Shown here piece by piece: positions 37,265 to 47,900 of a DNA stretch of 64,000 bases (position 1 is its first letter; the number at the start of each line of letters is the position of its first letter). The notes under the pieces are model-generated. The model was not told the origin of the DNA. It searched no databases and saw only the letters and a list, made by a program, of their open reading frames with translations. The stretch spans positions 512,001 through 576,000 of the forward strand of contig CAVZSV010000004.1 in assembly GCA_963778115.1 (NCBI GenBank), read 5' to 3'. The stretch comes from an uncultured delta proteobacterium (GTDB lineage Bacteria; Bdellovibrionota; FAC87; UBA2466). The position numbers and the translations under genes are program-made.

Positions 37265-38134
37265 TCAAAGGCGGGCTAACAAACGCACCGCATCGTAGAG
37301 ACGCCGGGGCAGCTCTTCGAAGCGTTCCACTTCTAAACAGATACCGTGCCCCTTTTGCGCGATGTCTTGCGAAGCTTCCAAGTGGCTACCAGGGCCATGC
37401 AGATGCAAAACCACTAGAAAATCGTACTTGGCGGCAACTTCAAGCGGATCTCCCCCCTCGGTGGATCTCCCATCGGTGGCGATGAGTCCCACTTTGCGTC
37501 CCCTCACCCCTCCTAGGCGAAACTGCTTTAACCCTTCGTCGAGTCCCCCGTAAATGTTGGTGAAGCCTTTGGGTTGAACTCTTAAGAATCGAAGGATGGT
37601 CTGTTCTCGTGATTCTTCGAAAGAGAGCCGTTTGATCGTCTTCGCATGGGATGCAAAAACCACGAGCGAAGTGTCTTTGGGAGGCACCTCTAACAGCAAA
37701 ACGGCTACGGCGATACTCGCTAAGAGATGTTTGTCTCCCGACATGGAAGCGCTCACGTCCAACAAGGTGACACAGCAGAAAGGCTTCTCTCGGCTCTCCT
37801 CCATCAATAGCTCCGCCGAAGTCGATAGTCCGGGGTTTTCTTCGAGAGTTTCTTCCAGAGACAACTCGCCGAACGGAGCTCGAGAGAAGTTCTCCAAATG
37901 CGTTACGGTCGGCCGGGAGGGATGCGCTACTATTGATTTCGCTTTTTCCATCACCAAATGAACCAGTTGCCGATCCATGGCGGGGTCATTTTTCTGCGAT
38001 CGTAATCGTTGGAAATAGACCGTTCGCATCCAATCGGCGCGACCGTCAAAGGCTTGCGCACCTACCCCTTGCCACTGCATTTCGCCGCTAAGTTCTGGGG
38101 GAAAGAAAAGTAACGGAAGTTGAGATGTGGGCAC
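37265..38134 (-). CDS. VWA domain protein
   Basis: MIDAS DVSASM, GFTNI, ATDG. Confidence 0.9.
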   Translation of the reverse strand: MPTSQLPLLFFPPELSGEMQWQGVGAQAFDGRADWMRTVYFQRLRSQKNDPAMDRQLVHLVMEKAKSIVAHPSRPTVTHLENFSRAPFGELSLEETLEENPGLSTSAELLMEESREKPFCCVTLLDVSASMSGDKHLLASIAVAVLLLEVPPKDTSLVVFASHAKTIKRLSFEESREQTILRFLRVQPKGFTNIYGGLDEGLKQFRLGGVRGRKVGLIATDGRSTEGGDPLEVAAKYDFLVVLHLHGPGSHLEASQDIAQKGHGICLEVERFEELPRRLYDAVRLLARL

Positions 38135-38139
38135 CGGAC

Positions 38140-39006
38140 CTAGCGGCTTAGTTCCTTTTTTTTTTCCGAAATGAGTGGAAGCTCTTGATTCCCGATAAGC
38201 TTCAATAAGACGTCTCTTGGAGATTCATCGGAAGAAACCATTTCGATGCGGCTACTAAGAGCCATTAGACAAGCTTCTTCGAAGCTGATTCCTCCCGAAA
38301 TTAACTGGCAAACGGCAATCGCCGCTCGAAGACTTGCTCCGCGCTTTATCGAGGGGTGCTGGCGTGTGGCTCGCGCCAAATCGACGGAAAGCTCAACGAA
38401 CGAGCTATTAACCGAATCTTGTACCTGCCCACGAACGATAGCTATCTCCTCCTCGCGGGATTGATAATCCAGAGGAACCATTTCGAACCGATCGAGTACC
38501 GCTTCCGAAAGGGCGTGGGTAGCCGTAAACTCTCTGGGATTTTGGGTGGCGATGACAAGAAAGCCAGGTTTCGCCGCCACAACCCCTAACTTCGGAAGCA
38601 CAATCCGCCGCTCGTCCATGGCGGGCAGTAGAATATTCTGAACCGCTTCCGGCATTCGATTGAGCTCATTAATAAAAAGCGGGATTCCCTTTTTCATAGC
38701 CGTGACCAGAGGGCCATCCACGAAGCAGGCCGCAACATATCCCTTTTTAAGCACCATGGGCGGATCAAACCAGCCGGTCAGCTTCTGTTCCGTATAGCGC
38801 GTGTCACCATCGATACGTTCAAAGCTTCTTTTGAGATCCTTTAGGATCTGCTGAACCAAGAAGGTCTTCCCCACTCCAACGGGACCTTCGATAAGAACAT
38901 TTCGGCCTAAATCAATGGCGCGCGTCAGATGATCCTTCTCGCGTTCACGGCCGACTATTTTAGGGGCATGGGATGATTTATCAGAAGATTTATTTTTGGC
39001 TTTCAC
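38140..39006 (-). CDS. MoxR-family AAA+ ATPase
   Basis: EGPVGVGKT, INELNR, ATQNP, LSEAVLDRF, GASLRA. Confidence 0.93.
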   Translation of the reverse strand: MKAKNKSSDKSSHAPKIVGREREKDHLTRAIDLGRNVLIEGPVGVGKTFLVQQILKDLKRSFERIDGDTRYTEQKLTGWFDPPMVLKKGYVAACFVDGPLVTAMKKGIPLFINELNRMPEAVQNILLPAMDERRIVLPKLGVVAAKPGFLVIATQNPREFTATHALSEAVLDRFEMVPLDYQSREEEIAIVRGQVQDSVNSSFVELSVDLARATRQHPSIKRGASLRAAIAVCQLISGGISFEEACLMALSSRIEMVSSDESPRDVLLKLIGNQELPLISEKKKELSR

Positions 39007-39794
39007 TTCTTCCTCTTGGACTTGGAAGCCTCATTGTCGCTCTCGGAGTCCAGTTTCGCCAACATTTTCTCTAAAATGAAATTGGCGACATCGCTGGGCC
39101 TTGCCCCTATCGTAAAACCAGCGTCAAAGCCGAGCTCGACCGCAAGTTTATGAGTGACCCTGGGGCCGCCCGCCACCAGAATGAATCTGTTCTCAAGCCC
39201 GCGCTTCTTAAGCTTGCCCATTAGCTCTCTCATGTCGGAGATATGAATATCTTTTTGAGAGACAATTTTTGAGAGCAAAATCGCATCAGCCTTTTCTTTA
39301 AGCGCGCGCTCAATGAGATCATCGGTAGGAACTTGGCTTCCCATGTTCACCACTCGAAATCCTCGATACCGCTCTAGCCCGATATCACCGTCAAACCCCT
39401 TCATGTTGAGAATGGCATCCAGCCCTACGGTGTGCGCGTCATAACCCGTACAGGCGCCTACCAGTCGGATGGGACGTTTTATCTTGGTGGCTATCACTTG
39501 ATCGATCTCTTTATAAGTTCGCTTTTCCGTGGAGAGTTCCGGAACATGCACTTTCGTATAGTCGATACTCTTATCGCAGCGACCGAAGACGACAAAGAAC
39601 GCGTAGTTTTCTCCTATCTTCGACATATGGGCTATTTTAATGTCGGTAAATCCCCATTCTCTAACTATCAGGGTGGCCGCTTCTCGTGCTTTGGGAGAAG
39701 GTTCGATAGGCAGCGTGAAGCTCATTTGCACGGCACCATCGCCAGTGGTATCGCCATAGGGCCTAAGAGCCTTTAAATCCAGTTCCGTCTTCAA
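39003..39794 (-). CDS. kamE: Lysine 5,6-aminomutase beta subunit
   Basis: PYGDTTGDG dimerisation domain; B12 motif DAHTVG; PLP lysine in LNMKG. Confidence 0.93.
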   Translation of the reverse strand: MKTELDLKALRPYGDTTGDGAVQMSFTLPIEPSPKAREAATLIVREWGFTDIKIAHMSKIGENYAFFVVFGRCDKSIDYTKVHVPELSTEKRTYKEIDQVIATKIKRPIRLVGACTGYDAHTVGLDAILNMKGFDGDIGLERYRGFRVVNMGSQVPTDDLIERALKEKADAILLSKIVSQKDIHISDMRELMGKLKKRGLENRFILVAGGPRVTHKLAVELGFDAGFTIGARPSDVANFILEKMLAKLDSESDNEASKSKRKK

Positions 39795-41371
39795 ATCTTA
39801 CTCCCCATCAGGTCGAAAAATGGATTGAGATAGGTTTTTCTCTCTACAGAGAATACGCCCGTTGCTCCTTTACCTCCCTCGATGGTCCGCTTTACATCGG
39901 CAAAATATCCTTTTTCGATCGCTTTCAAAATGCTCATGCGATCGATCTTTTCTAAAAGTGTCAGAGCATCATCTAACACCTTGGCGGCGAAGCCAGCGAT
40001 TTCACCATCCGATCTATAGCCAAACTCATTCGAAAGGCCCAAAGAACCATTCAAAATATAGTTGGCATTTCGAACGCTAAGACTTCGATCCTGCAACCAC
40101 GGAGTGTGCACCGCTTCCGTAGGCATTCCTAGGAGCAGCACTCCCTGACGCGTCAAAGAGCCAATGAGATTAAAAATGGTATCGATCGCATGGCTCGTAA
40201 AGATATCGCCCGTCTTATACTTGGTATTGCACATGTACTTTAAAGGACACTTAGGAAAGATCTGGCGAGTCATTTGGGCTCGAGCGATCTCCCAAAGAAT
40301 GACTTTTTCATACGACGGATCCATCTCCATGGCATGCCCGATACACATCTGTTCGTGAGTCATTCCTGCATTGAGGGCCGCCACTTCATTGATGAACTGG
40401 GAAGCCAAGACCTGATCGCCGCTTTTTTTGGCGTCGGTAGTCTTCATATAATTGTCTTCGCCGGTCATGATCCAAATGTCGCTCACACCGCAGATGAGCC
40501 TGGAAAAATGCTGGTCTATTAAAGTGCGGGCCGGATTGATGTCTCGAAACAGTATTCCGTACATTGCATCATTAAGTAAGAAATCGAGGCCCTCGATAGC
40601 GGCAAGTACTGCAATTTCCGACATGCATAATCCCGAGCAGTAGTTGGTCAGACGAATATAACGGTTCTGTTCCTTACCCAGCTCATCCAGCGCCTGACGC
40701 ATCAAACGAAAATTGGCTTGAGTCGCGTAGGTTCCTCCGAACCCTTCCGTGGTGGTTCCTTGCGGAACGTAATCCAGTAAACTCTGAGCGGTACTTCGAA
40801 TAACGGCTATAGAATCGGCACCGTCCATGACGGCGGCTCTTGCCTGGATGACATCTTCGAAAATATTACCCGTGGCAACGATGACGTACTTAAGCGGCCG
40901 CTTTTCGCAAAGCGGATCGTGAAGTTTACGGCGTAAGCGCTGACGTGATCTCCGATAGGCGATAAGCCTGTTGAAAGACTCCCGGGCTAATTGACCCGCA
41001 AACTTCTTTGTCTTTAGCGGATCCCTGGAGGGAAGGGTTCCGATATCAAAGGCTTCGGTAACTACTTTTTCCTGCAATTTGTCTACGGGAAGTCCCGTCG
41101 ATAACATCGCATTGGCAACCCAATAAAGCGCCCCCTCGCCTAGTCTTCCTTGGGCTTTGAGCTGATCGACCACGAAATTCGCCGTGGGAAAAAGTAACCC
41201 CTCCCATTGCAGCGCATCATTAAATCCCAGAAGGCGAAGAACCGCCCTTTCGGTGCCCACGGTGGAATTGCGATGGATGAGATTTTCGACCTCTTTACCG
41301 ATAGAACCCGCTATCTCGCGGCAGCGGGCAATCTTGCGTGCCGAAAGCGGTAATGTCGCCGAGTAAGACAT
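39791..41371 (-). CDS. kamD: Lysine 5,6-aminomutase alpha subunit
   Basis: YVIVATGNI, IRSTAQSLLDYVP, EGFGGTYATQ, NYCSGLCM, EAVHTP. Confidence 0.95.
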   Translation of the reverse strand: MSYSATLPLSARKIARCREIAGSIGKEVENLIHRNSTVGTERAVLRLLGFNDALQWEGLLFPTANFVVDQLKAQGRLGEGALYWVANAMLSTGLPVDKLQEKVVTEAFDIGTLPSRDPLKTKKFAGQLARESFNRLIAYRRSRQRLRRKLHDPLCEKRPLKYVIVATGNIFEDVIQARAAVMDGADSIAVIRSTAQSLLDYVPQGTTTEGFGGTYATQANFRLMRQALDELGKEQNRYIRLTNYCSGLCMSEIAVLAAIEGLDFLLNDAMYGILFRDINPARTLIDQHFSRLICGVSDIWIMTGEDNYMKTTDAKKSGDQVLASQFINEVAALNAGMTHEQMCIGHAMEMDPSYEKVILWEIARAQMTRQIFPKCPLKYMCNTKYKTGDIFTSHAIDTIFNLIGSLTRQGVLLLGMPTEAVHTPWLQDRSLSVRNANYILNGSLGLSNEFGYRSDGEIAGFAAKVLDDALTLLEKIDRMSILKAIEKGYFADVKRTIEGGKGATGVFSVERKTYLNPFFDLMGSKI

Positions 41372-41441
41372 AGGGAATGATTCTGCAACAGTAGAGGTGC
41401 GCTTTTCAAGTAAATGCTGCGGCGTGGTTGAGAGGGCGGTT

Positions 41442-42116
41442 TTACGTCAGATGCCGTCTAACAAAATCATTGAGGGCTTTTTGATGTTCGGGAGCAGGGG
41501 TCAAAAACTGCACCCCCATGCCGTGGCGAAGGGGGTTCTTTGAGATCCAACGGACCTCCCCTTGGGCGCGGATGACGGGAACTCCGGCCGGAACCGGAAG
41601 GGGTATTGCAATTTCCATCGTGGAGTTCATTTCAAGCAGGTGAGGAGTTTCAATAAAGCATCCGCCTTCGGAAATATTTCTAAGGACCGGATAGTGCCAA
41701 TCTTGTTGGTGACACATAATAAAAGGAAGATGGGTTTCATAACGACGCTTAGTCCGCCACCACCGCATCTTGGGATCAAAATACAGATGCCGAATTCTTG
41801 GATTGATGAAATAGAAAAGAGAAATAGAGTAAATGAAAACGTGAACGGCTAGGGGCCACAGACTCGCCCCGCGTCCTTCGTAGTAGGACTGTAAATCGCG
41901 AAATCCCCAGAGGGCCACCAAAGTGACCAGCGTGTACCAACCCATTCGGGTAACTTTAATAAGGCCGTATAAAAGGATCAAAGGAACGATTACCGAGAGC
42001 AGAAGGTCCGCAAAATTGGCGATACTCTTGCCCATGATAAGGCGAGAGCAATATTCGACGGGAAAATAGAGGAAAAGTAAGGAACAAAAGAAAAGACTTA
42101 AAGGCCTGCGACGCAT
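41442..42116 (-). CDS. Membrane protein with a C-terminal PilZ domain
   Basis: 4 TM segments; RWWRTKRR, NISEGG, GMGVQF. Confidence 0.9.
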   Translation of the reverse strand: MRRRPLSLFFCSLLFLYFPVEYCSRLIMGKSIANFADLLLSVIVPLILLYGLIKVTRMGWYTLVTLVALWGFRDLQSYYEGRGASLWPLAVHVFIYSISLFYFINPRIRHLYFDPKMRWWRTKRRYETHLPFIMCHQQDWHYPVLRNISEGGCFIETPHLLEMNSTMEIAIPLPVPAGVPVIRAQGEVRWISKNPLRHGMGVQFLTPAPEHQKALNDFVRRHLT

Positions 42117-42145
42117 AGTTTTGTTACGTTAGGGCCTTTACTATA

Positions 42146-42868
42146 TCAGGCCGCTTCGACCTTGTCTTTATCAGATGCATTCGCGGAAACCGGCGTGGGA
42201 TTAAATCGGTATCCCTCACCGTAGATCGACTCGATATGATCTTTATAACTTCCCAATTTCTTGCGAATGCTACGGATATGAGAGTCCACTACACGGTCCG
42301 TAACGAAGGTGTCTACCCCCCAAACATTATTTAGAATTCTTTCTCGGGAAAGTACCCGATCCGGATTTCTGACAAAGTAAGAGAGCAATTTAAATTCAAG
42401 AGCGGAGAAGGGAATCTCTTTTTCTTCGATAAAGACGCGATGTCCGAGAAAATCAATCCGCAAGCCTTGCACTTCGTAAACGGAAACGCCTTCACGCCGC
42501 GCATTATTTTGACGGATGCGGACGCGAATTCGAGCTTTCAACTCTTCCGCTTCGAAGGGCTTCTCGATGTAATCATCGGCCCCGAGATCAAATCCCATCA
42601 CCTTGCTATGCGAGTCGTTGCGAGATGAGAGAAAAATTATTGGTGTATTAGCAGTCTCTTTCTGTCCTTTTAGAAGGTGACAGACCTCAAACCCATCAAC
42701 CTCTCCTAGAGTGATGTCTAAGAGAATCAGATCAGGTTTGTGTTCTTTAGCAAGGTCGACCCCTTGCTTGCCACCATCCGCACAAACGACCTTGAATTCG
42801 GTCCCAAGTGCCGATTGAACCAGAAACTGGTAATCCTTGTTATCTTCGATGACTAGTATTTTTTCCAT
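42146..42868 (-). CDS. OmpR/PhoB-family response regulator
   Basis: IEDN, LLDI, GADDYIEKPF; winged helix RVVDSHIRSIRKKL..YGEGYRF. Confidence 0.96.
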   Translation of the reverse strand: MEKILVIEDNKDYQFLVQSALGTEFKVVCADGGKQGVDLAKEHKPDLILLDITLGEVDGFEVCHLLKGQKETANTPIIFLSSRNDSHSKVMGFDLGADDYIEKPFEAEELKARIRVRIRQNNARREGVSVYEVQGLRIDFLGHRVFIEEKEIPFSALEFKLLSYFVRNPDRVLSRERILNNVWGVDTFVTDRVVDSHIRSIRKKLGSYKDHIESIYGEGYRFNPTPVSANASDKDKVEAA

Positions 42869-42903
42869 AGTAATAGTAAGTAGCTACAACTTGTCTATCT
42901 AAT

Positions 42904-42930
42904 TTATCGGAAGCCCCTCCAAAGCCTTGA
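42904..42930 (-). promoter_or_regulatory. sigma28/FliA-like promoter
   Basis: TCAAG-N14-TCCGATAA upstream of 42868. Confidence 0.6.
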
Positions 42931-43013
42931 GTCCTTTTATATACTTTTTTTGATTGGCAGCATCATTCCACGACAATAGCTCATGAAATCCTCCAAAATA
43001 GCCGTAAAAGCTT

Positions 43014-43685
43014 ATGAGACATCCACTTATGAGCAAAAATCTATTAGACGATCCTAGCGTCGCAAAACTAATTCGCACCTTTTCCACGGGAGAGTATTTC
43101 TTCCGGCAAGGAGACATGGGAGAAACGATGTATCTGCTGCTCGACGGGGCAGTTCTTCTTTTTCATAATCAGCACAACTCCGAAAGGTTGGTAGGAATAG
43201 CCTCCGCTGGTGAAGTGCTAGGGGAAAAGGCAATTCTCTTAGAAGGCCCTTATCGTAGAAATTTTACGGCGCAAGCGAAAGTGAGCACCGTTGCGATTGA
43301 ATTTGACTCTAAGAATCTAAAAATGATCCAGTCGAAAATTCCAGATTTTGCCATGATGATGGTGCGCATTCTTTCGGCCAGGCTCGATCAATGCAATCAA
43401 ATGGTGTTCATCCTCCAATCCACGGATCCTGTGGATCGCGTTATCAAATATCTTCTGCATTTTTCCAAGCACCACTCCAAGAAAGTTCCTCAGGGAGTCG
43501 AATTCTCTTTGACTGCCCAAGAGATCGAGCACGCCATCAATCTGGAGAGTGATCGGGTGGAAATCATTTTGAGCGAATTGGTAAGCATGAAAGTGCTGAA
43601 AGAAAAACGTAACGGATACATCATCGAAGACGAGAATGCGCTTCTAGACCAAGCTTCTGCGTTACGCGAAAGAACCGTAGCCTAG
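43014..43685 (+). CDS. Crp/Fnr-family cyclic-nucleotide-binding regulator
   Basis: FRQGD..MY..G, GEVLGEKA..RRNFTA; C-terminal HTH-like region. Confidence 0.9.
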   Translation: MRHPLMSKNLLDDPSVAKLIRTFSTGEYFFRQGDMGETMYLLLDGAVLLFHNQHNSERLVGIASAGEVLGEKAILLEGPYRRNFTAQAKVSTVAIEFDSKNLKMIQSKIPDFAMMMVRILSARLDQCNQMVFILQSTDPVDRVIKYLLHFSKHHSKKVPQGVEFSLTAQEIEHAINLESDRVEIILSELVSMKVLKEKRNGYIIEDENALLDQASALRERTVA

Positions 43686-43704
43686 TTTTTTAGGAGAGAC
43701 AGAA

Positions 43705-44367
43705 ATGTTTTCAGTCAGCGGCAAACTTAACGAAGAACAGCTAAAAAAGTTTGCACGTCTTTATTCTCCCGGTGAGTATCTCTTTCGACAGGGAGATCTC
43801 GGAAACACGATGTTTATCATCGTGGGTGGCCAGATTGAACTTATCGAGGAAAGAGACGGAAACTCGACGATGGTCGCTATGATTAGCCCCGGTCAGGTTT
43901 TGGGAGAAAAAGCTTTTCTCACGGATATTCCCTACCGCCGTACCTTCTCCGCCCGCGCGAAAGTACAGACCCCAACCCTGGAATTCGACCGAAAGAACCT
44001 AAAGGTTGTCGAAACTCTCATACCCGATTTTGCAACTCGAATGTTGGGGGTTGCGGCAAGCCGCTTGGATCGCTCCAATCGCATCATTAACATCCTTCGT
44101 CCTTTTGATCCTGCCGAGCGGTTTGTTCAAGTGGTCTTATTTTTACGAGACGATGTCGGCATCAAAGGTTCCGAGGGAGTGGAGTTCCCCATCGACCCCA
44201 GCGACTTCTATCAATTGGGTAATTTGGACAAAACAACCACCGAATTCTGTTTAAACAGCGTTCTAAAAATCAACATCCTCAAGAAGACCAAAAAGGGCTA
44301 TGTAATCGTCGATGAAAACGCCCTACGTCAGTACGTTTCCGAGCTCAGAGAACGCGTCGCAGCGTAA
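43705..44367 (+). CDS. Crp/Fnr-family regulator (tandem paralog)
   Basis: FRQGD, GQVLGEKA..RRTFSA; C-terminus DENAL..LRERVAA matches the upstream gene. Confidence 0.9.
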   Translation: MFSVSGKLNEEQLKKFARLYSPGEYLFRQGDLGNTMFIIVGGQIELIEERDGNSTMVAMISPGQVLGEKAFLTDIPYRRTFSARAKVQTPTLEFDRKNLKVVETLIPDFATRMLGVAASRLDRSNRIINILRPFDPAERFVQVVLFLRDDVGIKGSEGVEFPIDPSDFYQLGNLDKTTTEFCLNSVLKINILKKTKKGYVIVDENALRQYVSELRERVAA

Positions 44368-44485
44368 ACCCCTCATATTATTTGCCTCCGTTACAAATAA
44401 CACTTGTGCTGCGGAAAATTCTGTCATTAGAATTGTTACCGGGGGGCCGAGTTTTCAAAATTTTGGGTGAAAACTTCGGCATAAA

Positions 44486-44998
44486 TTGGGGGAGGGGCTA
44501 TCTGTGAGTCGCGAACGTTTTCGACGGCGGGGATCCCACGTTTCAAGTTCGATAAATAGTTACCAGGCTTCCAATGTCATCGACATTGGCTCGGTGCGAA
44601 ACCGAACGGCTATCCGAAGTCGGGTGCATACCGTTTTCTATCTTAACGAAGGGGGAAGACCTAACGAATTCGCCTCCCTGAGTGATGTTCATCTGGTGGA
44701 CATTCGCGACGCTGACACGCTAACGCGCAAACTTTTAATTCGAATTCCCGACGTCATTCTAGTGGAATCAAGCATCCAATGGACCGATGCACTTACCACA
44801 ATCCGTCAGCTGGTAGATATTATGGCAGCTCCCGTGGTTCTTTTGGTGGATGGCGAGAGCCAAATCCAAGACCCTACCCTTATCAAAAAAGCCTACGCGG
44901 CGGGCGTATGCGACACTCTATTCTTACCGCTTGATGGTGACGAACTCAGGCAGACTCTAAGTGTGCTGTTACATTTTCAAGCCAAGGCGAGTTACTGA
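44486..44998 (+). CDS. Atypical receiver-domain-like protein
   Basis: PDVILVE..PVVLL..AYAAGVCD.L..P; phospho-Asp position appears to be Glu. Confidence 0.6.
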   Translation: MGEGLSVSRERFRRRGSHVSSSINSYQASNVIDIGSVRNRTAIRSRVHTVFYLNEGGRPNEFASLSDVHLVDIRDADTLTRKLLIRIPDVILVESSIQWTDALTTIRQLVDIMAAPVVLLVDGESQIQDPTLIKKAYAAGVCDTLFLPLDGDELRQTLSVLLHFQAKASY

Positions 44999-45082
44999 CA
45001 CAAAGACTGCGAACGTAACAGTACTCATCCTCATGCCAGGAGATTGCTCCGCCCTCATCGGTACCGTTTGGATAGGGTTCTT

Positions 45083-46063
45083 TTATATCGCCCCCGACTC
45101 AACCAATAAACACGCCGCCTGTTGCGAAGCCTTGCCCTTCACTGCCAGAAGTTCCGGCACTTTCACCGAGCACTCGCTTACCGCGTAAGAACAACGCGGG
45201 TGAAACGGACATCCTTGAGGAGGATTGGACGGTTGTGGAGGTTCGCCGGGCAGTAAAATTCTTTGATGATGCGACAAAGGATCGGCAACAGGAACGGCGG
45301 ATAGCAACGCTTTCGTATACGGGTGTTTGGGATCGGAGTAAAGTTCCTCCCCCCTACCTGTTTCCACAATCTTTCCCAGGTACATGACCGCGACACGATG
45401 GCTGATATGCTCCACCACCCTGAGGTCATGAGAGATAAACAAGTAGGACAGATGAAACTTTTCCTGAAGATCCATCAGTAGATTGATAATCTGAGCCTGA
45501 ATCGAAACGTCTAATGCGCTCACTGGCTCATCACAGACGATAAACTCAGGTTCCACCGCCAAGGCTCTGGCAATCCCGACACGCTGACGCTGGCCTCCAC
45601 TAAACTCATGGGGATAGCGCACCGCTGCTTCTTGGGGAAGTCCCACCAGGCTCAATAGTTCGTCGACTCGACGAGTCCGCTCTTTCTGGGTAGCACACAG
45701 CTTATGAATAATAAGAGGCTCTTCCAATATGGAACCAATCGTCATTCTAGGATTTAATGACGAGTAGGGGTCCTGAAAGATGATTTGCATCTTTCGACGG
45801 TAAGGCTTCATCTGATGTGCAGTGAGCGCCTCTAGAGACTCTCCTGCAAAACGAATCTCACCTGAGGTAGGCTCGGTCAATTTAAGAAGACATCTTCCTA
45901 GTGTCGACTTTCCGCAGCCCGACTCGCCCACCAACCCCAGCGTCTCTCCGGCCTCGATAGAGAGGTCGACACCCTGCACCGCGTGAATGGCTCGATTTTC
46001 CGAAAACCAGCCGGTCTTCAGCGGAAACGTCTTCACCAAGTTTTTAATTTCAACTAAAGCCAT
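45083..46063 (-). CDS. oppF: Oligo/dipeptide ABC transporter ATPase
   Basis: [30 protein letters not shown], oligo_HPY C-terminus. Confidence 0.95.
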   Translation of the reverse strand: MALVEIKNLVKTFPLKTGWFSENRAIHAVQGVDLSIEAGETLGLVGESGCGKSTLGRCLLKLTEPTSGEIRFAGESLEALTAHQMKPYRRKMQIIFQDPYSSLNPRMTIGSILEEPLIIHKLCATQKERTRRVDELLSLVGLPQEAAVRYPHEFSGGQRQRVGIARALAVEPEFIVCDEPVSALDVSIQAQIINLLMDLQEKFHLSYLFISHDLRVVEHISHRVAVMYLGKIVETGRGEELYSDPKHPYTKALLSAVPVADPLSHHQRILLPGEPPQPSNPPQGCPFHPRCSYAVSECSVKVPELLAVKGKASQQAACLLVESGAI

Positions 46064-46083
46064 TTACCTCAACGCCATCCCTT

Positions 46084-47063
46084 CTAAACCTCAAAACAGC
46101 TAGCCAGATGGTGCGGCTCTTTCTCTTCCAGAGTCGGCTCCTGCTTCCTGCAATGGGGAACCACTAGCCCACAGCGGTCTTGAAAACGGCAACCCACGGG
46201 AAGGTGTGCAAAATTAGGAACCGAGCCGGGAATGCCCGCCAATCTTTCCCCTCGCCTACCACGTTCACTGGGCTTACGTGGCTTCGGCAGCGATCCCATC
46301 AATCCACGCGTATAGGGATGGGTTGGGTTTCGAAACAAAGCTTCGACTCCTGACTTTTCGGCGACTTTGCCAGCGTACATCACAACACATCATCCGTATA
46401 TTCCGCGACCACCCCAAATCGTGGGTAATTAAACATCACGCCATTCCTAAATCTCCTTGTAGCCCTTTGACCAACTCCAAAATCTGCGCTTGAATGGTAA
46501 CGTCAAGCGCGGTCGTCGGTTCGTCGGCGATAAGAAGTTTGGGTTGACATGAAAGCGCCATCGCGATCATAACTCTTTGTCTCATTCCGCCACTTATTTC
46601 ATGAGGATAACTATGAAATCTTCGTTCGGGCTTCTGGGATTCCCACTTTGGTGAGCAATGAGATCGCCATTGCTTGCATCTCGGCGGCAGAAAGCATCAG
46701 GGTCGTGAATCATGATCGCTTCCCCTATTTGGAATCCCACCGTATAAACGGGGTTTAGTGAAGTCATCGGCTCTTGAAAAATGATCCCTATTCTTTGCCG
46801 CGGATATCCCGCATCCCCTCATTCCGAGAGTTTAAGAAGGTCCACCCCTCGAAGAGGATTTCACCCGCGGGATTCGCGCTTTATTTTTCGGCAACAAGCG
46901 CATAAGGCTGAGTGCCGTGACGCTTTTTCCACAACCCGACTCCCCTACAATCCCCAGGGTTTTGCCGACATCGACCTGGAAAGAGACTTTGATCCACAAC
47001 GCGCGAATGGTGCCGTATTCAGTCTGACAAACTCGATGCTTAAATTTCTTACATCAACAACAT
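46084..47063 (-). CDS. oppD: Oligo/dipeptide ABC transporter ATPase, multiply frameshifted in this sequence
   Basis: Fragments in different frames: [67 protein letters not shown]. Confidence 0.9.
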
Positions 47064-47074
47064 GAAAAACGCCA

Positions 47075-47900
47075 GACCTAATGCAGTGCGATTTTTCCGC
47101 CCCTTCGGGCACCTTCAAGCGGAATATCTCATCTCGTTGGCCGCTCCATTCCATCGGATCATATCTTTCCAGGTCAATTCGATATAATTGCGAGCTTAGG
47201 CTCAATTCTATACGTACCACCGTCAGAACAGAACCGTCCCGACCGGGTTCACGCTCGTCGGCCGCAAGATCTAAAATTCGAATAGGCTACCACTACTTTT
47301 TGATGACGGTGATCACTGGTGGCTCTTTAAAGGCGCCGGTACTCCCCATCGACTTTCAACCGATACTGGTAACGATTCGCCCGTTTGACTGTAGGCAAGA
47401 TAAACCCCTTGTTACGTCCCATTGCCATCTCGGCCAGCTCTTTCTGGCTGTTCGCTCCACCCCGGAAGTATCCCCAAGAAAATCAGCTGGAGATCTCGAA
47501 ACGAAAAGTCGGAGCCCAATAGCCTTTCCAAATAAGCGCTCCCCGCCTTTTCGTCCAGATACGCAATCCGCTCGGTGGGATAGACGGCCATAAACTGCTG
47601 ACCATTTAAGACGACGAGATAGCGCAATCTCCCCAAAGGATCCCTTAACTCCAGTCGACTCTCTCCCGGAAGCTGGCTAATGACCCATCCCTGACCGGTT
47701 CCACTTTCCTTCTTTCCTTCATAGTGGAGCCACATCTTCCCGGCCAAAGCTTTGGCAAGGGTCAGCCGCTTTGATTGATCGCGCAAAACCGAATCTAACT
47801 TTAGTCCCGTCGGAGATTTGGGAGGAGCGTGCGCACAGCAGGCCAATAGAAGAACGATCCCCAGGTAACCGACGCTAAGAAGGGGACTATTTTTTTTCAT
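47075..47900 (-). CDS. LolB/DUF4292-like lipoprotein, frameshifted after ~47420; end approximate
   Basis: Lipobox LLLACC; RLELRDPLG; a plausible C-terminus EIFRLKVPEGAEK lies in another frame. Confidence 0.65.
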
